Shown here: positions 1 to 11,014 of the stretch, piece by piece
Layout of the letters: every line of letters starts with the position of its first letter
Numbering within the stretch: the stretch's first letter is position 1
Source: Basidiobolus meristosporus CBS 931.73
Lineage: Eukaryota > Fungi > Basidiobolomycota
Length of the DNA stretch: 64,000 nucleotides
Direction of reading: 5' to 3'
NCBI GenBank assembly: GCA_002104905.1
Contig: MCFE01000295.1
Coordinates: 37,639-101,638 of the forward strand
Program-made: the position numbers and the translations under genes
The notes under the pieces: generated by a model
Database searches by the model: none
The model's input: only the letters and a program-made list of their open reading frames with translations
Told to the model about the DNA's origin: nothing

Positions 1-1186
1 GTAGTACCGGCAACTTAACTAGTCTTCCTATCTCCCCACACATTTGCTCCATAGATATCTCACAAAAGGTGAAGCAAGGCCCAATATTGTCCACACACCA
101 TGCAAGATGGTGTAGAGAATGGATACAGTAGCTGCAGAGATCTATGCATTCAGCTATATGATTGTAGTATAGCCGCTCAAATCCTGTTACAAACTCCTTA
201 CACAACAGCTGGAGAGGTGTCAAGTTGGCATTGATGATCCACTTTGTGATAATTATCCCTACAATGTCCATATATGACTCCCAGTGCTTCCAATGTACAC
301 TTGGTAGAAATGGCTTCAGAATGCCTCCTGAATAAATACATATTCAGTTCATCCAGTCTTTGCATTTGTATTGTTGCAGAAGCATATGAATATTGATTGG
401 GGCCCATAAGAAGTACTTAGGATAGTGGATACTCTGTAATATCTTGCCAATTCTTTCAAATTTTGCTGGTATCTCCAATGGTTCATTTAGCTTGCAACAC
501 CCCATGTACAACTTGGTCATCTGTATAGGAATATTGATGAAGCAGCAAATGCAATGCTCCCAGTGGAAAGCTTTTGCTCCAGTGGGTACCCTCTATCTTA
601 AGTATCTCTGGTTTCCAATTGATTTTATATTTTAGCCAATGGCTTATAGCTTGCCAACTTTACTATAATTGCATGATTACTTCTGTACATTCTCTTGGTG
701 GGAGGACAATGTTCTTAGTGTTTATGTTCAGGTAATAATAATTTGTGTGAGTAATTGAGTAAATCATCTGGATCTTGCACAGTCAACAGCAATATCATCC
801 ATTGTGCCTGGAAAAGCTATCTATCTTGCTGATGGCTAGGGTATCTTCAATGCGGATGAAGATATGTGCATTGACATGACAGCCATTTACTGTTATCCTG
901 CTGAAAGCATACAAAACTCATCCAGCAATGGATACAGTTAGCTATCCAGGTTGGACGGTGATTTAGGCCTAAATACCAGTGAAACCACCATCAGATTTTT
1001 ACTTTGATACCATGTGATAGGTGGCAGATCCAGGTTGATGAGAATCAGTGGGCAGCAGGATTTGCTGCCAGAGTACTTGTTTAATGGGAATCCATCAAGT
1101 GCTCAGGCAGAGGCATGGTCATACATACCTTCAGAGTAGCCCTGGCTTCTTAGCTATTTGTAATGTTTGTCATTGAATACATTGCA

Positions 1187-1560
1187 TGTGGGTTATTACT
1201 GACTGTACTTGGTGAGTGGGAGAGCTTGTAGGTCAAGTCAGTATCACTTGGTTCAGAATTGCTTCTGATAGAAGGTAGCAAGGTAATAAAGACTTGTGTT
1301 TATTTCATCCCAAATCACCTTGTTCTCTTACTTGGTTCAATTGGGTAGATATATATCACTTGAGGGCTTAGATAATAGACAATGTGTTATAAAATAGGGG
1401 TGTGAACACCTTCCTGTTATGGTAAGTGTTCTAACTAGATAAGGGCAGGGATAGTAGGGAGGGCACATGGGGGAATCATAGGGAGGATACTGGGGGACTT
1501 TGGGTAAGACTCTTGGGAGAACTCTTGGGCAAAGAGTGGGTACTGCATTTAGTACTCACA
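1187..1560. mobile_element. Solo LTR (374 bp), family not otherwise seen in the window
   Basis: TGTGGGT...TACTCACA ends; perfect TSD TTGCA (1182-1186, 1561-1565); the X transposase relic rejoins across it. TATATA and AATAAA order suggests minus orientation. Confidence 0.85.
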
Positions 1561-2253
1561 TTGCATACATTTACGCTTGATTGATACTCAGTACAGTACT
1601 TTATAGCGTTGCAACATTTGCCTGACTGCATATGCTTCTTTAGACAGGGTAGTACTGGAATATATCCAGAGTGTGAACAATGTTTTTCCTCAATGGTGGT
1701 GGATTTCAGACAATTAGGACATGTTGCAAGGGTGGTATTTTTGGATGTGAATGCCATGCAACTGCTAACACATGCTGGAATCAGGATAGTCCTGGGGTCA
1801 TATGTTGCCAGCCTCATGATGGTTGTCCACTTGTACCATGTAGGTGGTTAGTTGTATCCCAGAATGATTTGGCAGGAAGTAGTAGTAAATTGGCAAAGCC
1901 CCCATTACTGATATTAGTGGAAACACGCCACTTCTGTAGTCACAATAATACATTGCTCACCAGTAGATGGATTACTGGGCTTGCTTGGCTCCATAAAGTA
2001 ACCTTGGCATTTGTTTCAATGGGTGCTGTCTCATTGCATATTGGAATTTGACTGGGCTCATGCATAGTACTGTTGATCAGGGGAAATAGACTTACAGTCC
2101 ATCAGTGTGCCTTCTTCAGCAGGCTGAGGTGAGCCCAAAGACATCACAAACTCATCTGACTCAAGTTGCGCAAGGTTACAAAGACAGCCAGGTGCAAATA
2201 TACAAGTATCAACTTGCTGGCAAGACAATGTTGGTAGAGTAGTGACTGATGAA

Positions 2254-2780
2254 TGTTATGAATAGACACAAGGCAGGAGAGTAGGGCTAGGCAAGGCAGG
2301 ACCAGGAAAGGACTTAGGTGTGGTTCAACAAGGCAACGCAGATTTCCAAGGCAAGGCTGTTTATTCAAGACCTCTGTTTATCAGACTCAAGAATACATAA
2401 GGGGGGATAGGATATATATACGTTTTGGCAATATGGATGCCAAGAGATATTGGCTAATACTGATGGGGTTTTGGGGTGAGGCACAGTAAGTGTGCCAAGA
2501 TAGAAAATACTAAAGAGCAAACTAGAATATCACATGGGGATATGTCAGGAGTCAGCTGATCATGTGACCAGGTCATGTGACATTCAATTACCATATATAG
2601 AATGGGACTACATAAACTCCAATGGGAAGCTTCCATAGAATGCTCCATTGTGTAATGTCAACTTGGAGTTTTCAAGAAGTTGCTAGAATGTAGTAGAACT
2701 TTCTAGAAGGAACTGAAATTTCTTCACTGACTTGATTTGGCTAGATAACTGGAGACCAGGGATGTCATGTGATCATGACA
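2254..2780. mobile_element. Solo LTR (527 bp), another family
   Basis: TGTTATGA...TCATGACA ends; TSD ATGAA/ATGCA (4/5); flanks rejoin as in the uninterrupted paralog near 49700-49730 (GTGACTGACAAATGGTCAAAT). Confidence 0.75.
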
Positions 2781-3166
2781 ATGCATGGTCAAATATGACA
2801 TGTGTGGCAAAATACTGGCCATGATCCTTGTAATACTTCCTATACTGTCTGCATGCTCCATGGCTAAGAGGCTTGCAACAAAAGCCATACAGACTTTTTT
2901 CTCTTCTCTTATGGCATTGAATCACAGTAGTCTTGTCCATTGGGCAAACAATTTGACCTTCAACAACATAACACTATTATATCACTTTTTGTTCAATACT
3001 CATGTGAATTTAAGACAACCTTGTATTTGAGACATGGCACCTTCCTGAATGTTAAGATTCAACTAATGACTTGCCATAGTAAGCATTATAAATAAAGTTG
3101 TGGCACTACATACCCACATATATGTAACACTGTTTCCCGTTTGGTTTGACTCACTTCCATTTATAT

Positions 3167-5090
3167 ATGCCACCAAAAAATAAAGCAAAGTTGTCTGGTT
3201 CTTAACTAAGCCCCACAGCTGACAGCAGTGGAAAATGGTTGGACAACAGCTTGCTGGGCATTCAGTGCAACAAGCAGGGCTACATTTAAAAAAGTTCATG
3301 TTAAAAATGTGACCACTAAAGGTAATAATGGTGACTCCTCAGGCTCTCAGTCAAGTAGGCAATTGAGAACCTCTGCAGAGACACAAGCTGACTGTTATGC
3401 TCAGGCAGATGACAGTGTAGCAAACACCATACCTTTAGTTGAAGATCAGCTAGTAACTGTCATAACATCACTGCCATCTGAATTAGCAAGTATTTTGTCA
3501 GTTCATACCAAAGCATTAATGAAGCAATTAGGTGCAGTGGCTGATAGAATAAATGCAAAGGCCCAGAGATATCAGGAAATAGTCCAGAAATAGGATCAGT
3601 GGACAAAAGGTGTAGAGCAATCAATATCCCTGGTAGAGAAAGCAGTATCTTTGCTGCAAAGAAGGAACTCAAGTAGCTCAATGTCACAGCCAAGAATTGA
3701 GCCATTTCCTGGTGTAACAGCAGAGGAACACTGTGCAGTCTTTGAAGCACACCAACAGTGCCCAAAGATAAAGCCCACTAAAAACCTATCACAGCATGGG
3801 TGGGAGACAATGTGGTGTTTACACTGAAGCCTAAAAGTCAAAAGGCATAGAAGATCTGTGAAGCCTTTGAGTGCAATAATGAAATGTGTGCTAATATTCA
3901 AGAGGCTGTCGGAAGTCTAGCATGCCATCACCTTAAGACTGGCATACCATAGGACCATCAGCAACTCAAGGCCAAGCAGAATGAACTTGACTTGTTTTAT
4001 GACCATTATCCTGGATTCAAACGGGGCAAATGTATTTTGGGCCAGCATTTGTATTCTAAGAAAGTATCTTAAGAATAGCACAAACTATTAAATGCAGAAG
4101 AATAAGGGTGCTGAGGCTAAAAACCAGCAGCTTCCTCAAGAGCCTGCTGCAGGCTGGGCAAAAAGCTCCAAACAAGCATCAAAGAGTAGTCAGGTAGCTG
4201 GAAGAGTGCCAATAATGGACAAGCAGGCTGAAACAGATGCACCTGCCCAACACTTATCAAGGAAAAAGCACAGTATCACTCAAAAAGTTTCTAGTCCAAG
4301 TAGCAGTGAAGGACCTGGTGGTGATGAAAACTGTGGCTTTCTCAGGAGCCTGTCACAACTATGGCTGAGAGCTCAAAGCAAGCAATAAAGTAACATTAAG
4401 TTGCTACAAGAGTGCCAGCAAGGGGCAAGCAGGCCAAAATGTATGCATTTGAGCAGAACTTATCAAGATGAAAACATAGTTCATTACAAGAAGCACTCAG
4501 ACAAAGCAGCAGTGAAATAATTGGCAGTGATAAAGGAAAAGGTAAAGGGAAAATGTCTACCCAAGCCTGAGACAGGGAAGCATGCAAAAGAAGCTGCAGG
4601 TCTTGCAAATTAACGTGGTAAGCCTAGAACAGATTGAATCCCATCACAGCTGCGAAGAATTACCTACAAGAAAACAGCTGTTTTCATAAGAGTTGGAAGT
4701 GCAGGCAGTTGAGCTGCACTCCAGCAAGGTAGGTTTGTATGCAGAGAAAGGCAATTTGTCTACCACAGCCTCCATGTCCTTCATTTTTGACAGAGTAGGG
4801 ATCCTGCTGAGTGACAAGGCTACAGTGTGAAGAATTCAAAAGACTATCACAGAGCCTTCAGAGGAATTTTGGAATATTAGCAAGACATCAAGAGATTGCA
4901 GCACTTCCTCAAGAGCAGTGCTCAAGAAAATGCACTTGAATAATTCAAGGATTTATTGCAAGGACTGGCAGATGAGGTGCTAGACCGTGCAGTGCTGGCT
5001 GAAGACCAGGCCATGTGGGAACCAGTGAATGAACAGTGGCATCAAGCCGTTGTGTTCCTGCCAGAGTCATGGAAACAGAGCATTACAGCA
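3167..5090 (+). pseudogene. Family X accessory ORF-b (MPPKNKAK...) and ORF-c (LEVQAVELHSSKV...WEPVNEQWH) relics
   Basis: Same reading frames recur at 50100-51050/51619-52004, 52529-53331, 55054-55550 (+) and at 19600-20185, 22850-24400, 11700-11992/16679-17300 (-). No domain recognised with certainty. Confidence 0.6.
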
Positions 5091-5549
5091 GAATATACTT
5101 ATTGAGTGTGGGTCTGGGCTTAATGCTAGTGTAGGGTATAGGGACTTGTATAGGTCAATACAATTGGCAATTGAGGTACAACTGAAGTTTCAATGATAAT
5201 AAATCAATTTGTATGCATAAAAAGTAAGAGAAACAGTTGAGTCAGGAAATGAGGAGTGTGAAAAAGAGGCAATAGCACATCAATATACACAAACATAGGA
5301 GTTAATTGAGTGTCAGGGATCAGAAAGTGAGCAAATTCAAAATAGAAATTTATCTTGCAATTCCAGGCTCTTGGTGACTGATTGACACTATATAGAATTT
5401 TCATGCTTGCATACCAGATGAGGGTCCTCCTGGTCAACAGGCCCATCAGGCTGATGCATATGTATGTCCTCAACAAGCTCTTCATTCAAAAAGGCAGCTT
5501 TTGCATTATTCTGATCATTAAAAGCTCAAATATGGCTGCAATAACTAAT

Positions 5550-5760
5550 AGACTTGTTCCATTGCGCCATTGATTATAGTGCCAGAAAGTGCTGTATATT
5601 TTGTTATTAATTTGATATTTTAGGGTTATATGAATGTCAATTTAGATCCCAAATTGGCACTGTATGGCACCACATGGCACTCTGTGGCACAATCAGGCAC
5701 CATCTGGCATGCTATGGCACTATTAGGCGCTGTGATCAGCTGGAATGATGGAACAAGTCT
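5550..5760. mobile_element. MITE (211 bp), PIF/Harbinger-superfamily-like
   Basis: Perfect 13-bp TIR AGACTTGTTCCAT/ATGGAACAAGTCT, imperfect to ~35 bp; TSD AAT (5547-5549, 5761-5763). Removing it plus one TSD restores the length of the Copia B RT sequence at 59929-59945. Confidence 0.9.
5655..5734 (+). repeat. Eight 10-bp units with constant (T/A)GGCAC core and variable 4-bp spacer, subterminal in the MITE
   Basis: tggcactgta/tggcaccaca/tggcactctg/tggcacaatc/aggcaccatc/tggcatgcta/tggcactatt/aggcgctgtg; inverted copies (gcgcca, gtgcca, gtgctg) at 5564-5594. Confidence 0.9.
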
Positions 5761-7024
5761 AATATCAATCTAATGAAATTAAACTTGGCTACTGGTGAAA
5801 AGGTCTCAATATAATCAAGTCCTTTGGTTCAAGACTAACCTTTGGCCACAGGTCTTGCTTTGTATTGTTCATATGTGCCATCAGCCTTGTATTTTGTCTT
5901 GAAGACCCACCTGCATCTAATGGATTTCTGGTTGATTAGTAATTTGACTAAGTCCCAGGTTTAATTTTCAATCAGTGCCTGATACTCTTAACTCATTGCA
6001 GAGATTCAAAACCTTGTCTGAGGGCCATTTGAGGCCTCATTTACAGTCTAGGGGCACATCAATATGGACTGCATAGGCATAGGCCTAGTTTGTACTCTCA
6101 TTGATATACAATAAGTTGACTTTTACTGGTCCAATTGGATTTCCTGGCTTGTGATGCTGGAATGATCACTTCTGGGATATTCCTGTGCACACTGACTCAG
6201 GCTGAGCTACAGTTTTAGAGTCCTCTGGAGTGAGAAAATATATACTATTCTTCACTGATTGAATTGTGACTCAGAGCAGGCTTGAAGATCAAATTTTTGT
6301 GATCATCTTGATGTCATTCTTTATACAAAGTTGGAAGATTTATAAGACAATATATGCCTTATAATGGATAGCTTTTTTGCTATGGTAATGTAGAGTCCAT
6401 ATGTCTCACACTCATTGGTGTAGTCTGAAAATACGCATTTGAATCTCTCTAGCTGAAATTTCAACTGATTTGTAGTCAGTTACTTTGCTTGTGCTGTACA
6501 CCCAAATACTATTAGATGTTCTGGCATTTGATCTATATTCATGTCATGCCTCAATGAGGCAGAATCACCAAGCTTCCTGATGTAGCTCCTATTCTAAAGC
6601 TACACAGCTGTGGCAGCTGATTTCACTCAGAAACCAATGGAAATCTTTGATCATGGATTGTAGATGAAGCCAAGTCCTCCTGCTGTGGTCTTGCTTACAG
6701 AAATTAGGCTCCGTTGTAAAAATCTGTAATTCAAGCTAAATATACACCCAACTTAGTCACTTGGATCATTACCGCTAAATTCTAAGCAATATGGACCAAA
6801 TTCTGTGTTGGGATTTAACTAAAATATCTTCAACAAATATCAGATACCCACAATACAGGAATTCTTAAAGCTGTCCAAGCAGTCTCAAACTTTGCACACA
6901 TATTCTTGGACCTTCTTTAACCTGCAAGGCAGGTAGCATGGGTGGATGATTGGAGTGAGGCTTTGGGGAAGGGGGGCACCCTCAATGGGGGGAGGTAATT
7001 GAGATTAGGGTGTACCCCATGGTG

Positions 7025-7440
7025 TTTAATACCCTTGCTTTCACAGGGGCTGGACTATATCATCATCCATATCAGCAAGCCAAAAGCCTCCTCTTTGCCC
7101 TGCATTTTGATGAAAGGTGTGTAGTCTCTAAGGATCCCACTAGAGCAACCCCGCAAACAGGGCCAAATCTTGTTGGTTTCCTGCTACTTGTTCATTGTTA
7201 CATACCTTGGATTTTCACAAAAAACAACCTTGATTCTTTGGGGGTATACCTCCCCCCTATCAATGCAGTACAGGGCTGGGGGCTTGATTGGTTTATCAAG
7301 CACCACCAAGGGCTCCTGATTGGCCCCCCCTGAGGAAGCACTTTACTATCCTAGGCAGGTTTCTTTTTGCTTTAGTCTTTAGGAGTTTCCAGCATATAGT
7401 CTTATGCTCACTGGAGCCTTACAACCATGGGGGCCCTACA
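7025..7440 (-). other. Mitochondrial group I intron core (part of the NUMT)
   Basis: In order on the minus strand: P ATGCTGGAAA (7386-7395), Q-like AAGTAGCAGG (7180-7189), R CTTAGAGACTACA (7120-7132), S ATGATATAGTCC (7052-7063; GACTA/TAGTC = P7 pairing), then a GAAA-tetraloop hairpin (7031-7049). Upstream exon ends in T. 3' boundary uncertain. Confidence 0.8.
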
Positions 7441-8038
7441 ATGGAGCTATAATATGCATTACTGATAAAGCAGCTAATACAAAAGGTAATAGGTAATGAA
7501 GACTGAAGAATCTATTTAAAGTAGGGTTATCTACTGAGAATCCTCCCCAAAAAAGATTAACCAAGTCTCCACCTATTACTGGGATTGTTGATAATAGGTT
7601 AGTTGAAACTGTAGCTCCCCAGAAACTCATTGTCCCCTGTACTAGAGTATAACCTAAAAAAGCTGTAACCATCATGACAATTAGAATAACTACTCCTATT
7701 GACCATACCAAAATTCTAGGTCTTTTATATGATCTGTAGTATAATCCTTTTCAAATATATACAAGATTGAAGAAGAATAAAGCCACAGTTACATGTGTAT
7801 ATTGAATAAGCCAACCAGAGTTTAAATCTCTCATTATATGCACTACACTCATAAAAGCTTAATCCACATAACTTGTATAATGCATTGCTAAAGTTACTCC
7901 TGTAATTATTTGAATTCCTAGACATATGCCTAATAATAATTCATAATTCCATAAGTAACTTATATTTGATGGTGATGGTGAATCTATTACATAACTATTA
8001 GCTATATTTAATAAAGAGTGACTTTTTGATAATTTCAT
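7441..8038 (-). pseudogene. cob: NUMT: mitochondrial apocytochrome b, codons 1 to ~200
   Basis: [51 protein letters not shown]...MRD.NSGWLI..H...[50 protein letters not shown]...[23 protein letters not shown]; one in-frame stop and small indels; AT-rich codon usage. Confidence 0.97.
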
Positions 8039-8689
8039 CTCTTGTCTGCTTCCCCCACTCCTGGACCATGCCCCCTCCCTACCCAGGGGGGCCTTGACTC
8101 CAACAACCGGTCATGAGCCCCAAACTGTCACTTGATGCAATACCTATTACCGCTATTACTGAAATTCTTCCCTCTGCTAAAAGGTCGGATGGATCTATCT
8201 ATCTAGTGTGGAAGGTAAAGATGAAGATGCTGCTGCCAGAAAGAGGCCTTTGGGATACTGTCATGGGTGAAGAATGCCTTCCTAACAACATGGGAGAGAA
8301 ATCCTTAAAGTACCCAAAGAAAGAACAAAGTGCCTTTAACTGTATTTGCCTTAAAGTTACACAAGTTGCTAATGCAATGCTCAAGAGCAAAAACAGCAAC
8401 AAATGCCAGGAAAGCATTAGAAGTCACCCACCATTCATGCTCAGCTGTCAAGAAAGTGTACTGTAGACAAAAACTCTTTACTACAAAGATGCAGCCAGGA
8501 GAAGAAATGAATAATCTATTCAACAGAAATACCCTGCTAGTGGATGAGATGGAATATATGGGTGTACCAACTACTGATGAGGATGTGATAGTAACCATCC
8601 TGCATAGCCTGACATACAAGTCTCAGGGCCTTGTATCAGCCCTAGTGTCTCAAAATCTGCTTAATTGCTTCAATTTGTTGAGATCCATA

Positions 8690-11005
8690 GTTCTACATGC
8701 ATTGACCAACTATTCCCACTGCCACTGCAATGTTTAGATGAGTAGACATCATCAAGTATAACAGGCTACCATGTGCCATGAATTAATGAGCTTTGGACCA
8801 GCCTAGTAGAGCCATTCTATTCAGCAAGAATGATTACATATCGGTAGACAACCAGACTTGGATAAAGACAGAAGATATCCCCAAGAAAGCATTCATGACC
8901 CAGATATGGATACTAAGAGTACTCAGTCAAGAGTTTGGCTTCTCTAATGCCCCTGCAACATTTATGACCTTGATTTAGACTGTCTTCTAAGAGCACTTGG
9001 ATGAGTATATGGTAACATTCCAAGATGACATATTAATAGACAGCAAGACAGACAAGGACTACTTGGTGCACATAAAATAGCTCTTCAAGAAGCTAGGAGT
9101 GAACAATCTTTATGGCAAGTTAGCAAAGGGTTGGTTCTTTAAGGAGCACATTGAATATCTGGGATACATATTGACTAGCACAGGAGTGATCATGGACTTT
9201 GAGAGAGTAGAGCTTTAAAGAATCTGAAGCAGTCCCATAGCATTTCAGGGCTCAGATTATATCTCTGAATGGTATTCTATTATTGGGGATTTTGCAAATC
9301 CTTTGGAAATGTTGTAGCCTCTGTGGACTGATATCTTCAAGAATGCTAACACCTTGAAGTGGGACATAGCTTGTGAGACTGCTTTTGCATGCTCAAGTGA
9401 ATTTGCCAAGCTTAATACCTGACCACAGAAAGTAACTTCCTCCCTGCAAAGACATTTCAAATTAGGCCATTGGTGAAGAGTTTCATCAAGAACATAAAGG
9501 AACAGAACACTTGGTTACTATTAAATCCAAGAATTTCAATGCTGCCAAACAAGACTGCCAAGTTCATGAGAAAGACATGCTTGCCATGATTCACTGCTTA
9601 AAGATATGGAGATGCTACACTGAAGGAGTCAAGTACTCTGTAAGACTGATTAGGCCTCACTTTCACTAATACTCATTTAGAAGGCAAGCTGCTAAGAATG
9701 ATAAGATGGAATGAAAACATTCAGCATCCAACTTGGAGATGGTGTACTGCCCTGGAAAATAATGTGGTTACTGGCACAATATCAAGACTAAAACAAGCTG
9801 CACAACCCAACTTGACGCATAAGTTAAATTGGCTTAAGCTTATTTGCATTGTACCAGAGGACCAGACCATTCTAGTTGAGGTGAATACAAATATTATGAA
9901 GTTGTACTAGAATGAAAACAGCAAGCTCTAGTACAGAATGAGATACTCTACAAATTTGTGATGGATGCCCCATTGCACTTGGACTAATGTGCCTTACCTG
10001 GACTTAATAGAGAAGCTTTACAATGGATACAGACTTCTTCAAATCAAAGGAACCCAAATTTGTTTGAGAGCCAGAGCATGGTGGCTCAGAACAAAACAAG
10101 ATAGTGAGAAGCTATTGATAACATGCCTGAGGTGCCAAATCAACCAAGGCCATCCACAGCAGATTGCTGAACTATTCTTACCGGAGACTCTAAGACCATT
10201 ACAAGACTGTGAACAAAATGCTGCAAATTGCATTTACCACAATACCATGATGAGTTTCTGATGCACTGTAGAAGTTGAATCACATAGACAAGCAAGTTGT
10301 AGAGCAAAACATCTGAATGTTACCCAGAAATGCAGCAGATCAAGCAACTAAAAGCTTCATCATATCAGCCAAGAACTAATATAGTCATTGAGCAGTCTAA
10401 TGAATTTTGTGGGAAATACAGACCAAGTATGCAGTGGAGCTTCCAACAGATTGAATCAGCATTTAGACCAAGCACTGTTTGCCTGCAAAGCTAGAGGACA
10501 AAAAGCTACTCAGTAATAGCCATCCTACTTAGTGCATTTATGTAGACAAAGATTTCATCAAATCCCACACAATCCAGGCTTATGGAAGCCTCAGAGGATT
10601 AACTCAGCTAGTGCAGTAGAATCCAGCAACTGGAGCAAAGATGTCAAGATGCACATGTCAAAGAGCATAATAGTACATAAAGTTGCAGCAGAGATTTGAC
10701 AACACTATATCACCAGAAGCACTGTAGGGTGGGAACATTATATTGCTGAGAAACATCACATGGAAGAAGTTTGAGCCACAATGAATAAGACCATATAAGA
10801 CCATCAGAGAATGTCTACTTTCAATCCATTAACTAGTGGTCAAACTGGGAAATATCCAAACCAGTTTTGCTCATTTAGACAAACTCAAGCCGGAAGAACT
10901 TATTAACAATAATGAGACAGTAAGACAAGGGTAGCACTGGAAAAAAAATCCAGGAGAGCTCTCTCAGCTTTGGTAGTGGCAAAAATTATGATCTATTGCA
11001 TGAAT
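8690..11005 (+). pseudogene. Decayed Ty3/Gypsy RT-RNaseH-integrase relic related to the element at 31203-36127
   Basis: Colinear with 33350-35780 (FGFSNAPATFM, LYNGY..LQIKGT..RAWW, KKFEPQ); ends at the first ~20 bp of a 3' LTR (ATTATGATCTATTGCATGAAT). Confidence 0.85.
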
Positions 11006-11014
11006 ATTATAAGA

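Larger units (their letters stand above)
20..3060 (-). pseudogene. CACTA/EnSpm (Transposase_21/Tnp2-like) transposase relic, family X copy 1, interrupted by two solo LTRs
   Basis: Minus strand gives ACVSSCMAF..CPNC..YIPV (1476-1817 ORF) and a HIFIRIEDTP/ISKI..F.GHNG.YCC.LCKI-like segment (~790-880, frameshifted). It is colinear with the plus-strand copy at 20290-22450. Many stops and frameshifts; boundaries approximate. Confidence 0.8.
5345..6711 (-). pseudogene. Degenerate Copia family B integrase/RT fragment, interrupted by the MITE
   Basis: Colinear with young B copy 59735-60840, then jumps to a segment matching ~61530-61560. Confidence 0.8.
6712..8660 (+). mobile_element. Truncated Copia family B element: split 5' LTR (6712-6923 and ~8094-8108), PBS 8109-8120, gag relic from 8113
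   Basis: 6712-6923 matches the reverse complement of LTR 58303-58651; GGTCATGAGCCC is a degenerate PBS; ORF MSPKLSLDAIPITAITEILPSAKRSDGSIYLVWKVKMKMLL matches the young B gag. Confidence 0.85.

Noticed and set aside
5655-5734. CRISPR-like repeat/spacer array
   Set aside because: 6-bp repeats with 4-bp spacers inside a MITE; no cas genes; eukaryotic context.
5546-5764. 5-bp TSD TAATA with GAC..GTC termini for the MITE
   Set aside because: Fits this site, but at element Y the 5-bp reading mismatches (AAGTA vs TAGTA) while the 3-bp ANT reading is perfect at both sites.
7010-7333. 107-aa ORF as a gene or homing endonuclease
   Set aside because: It is antisense to the group I intron core and has no LAGLIDADG or GIY-YIG motif.
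7441-8038. Functional nuclear or true mitochondrial cob
   Set aside because: In-frame TAA, indels, substitutions at conserved residues, truncation, and retrotransposon flanks.
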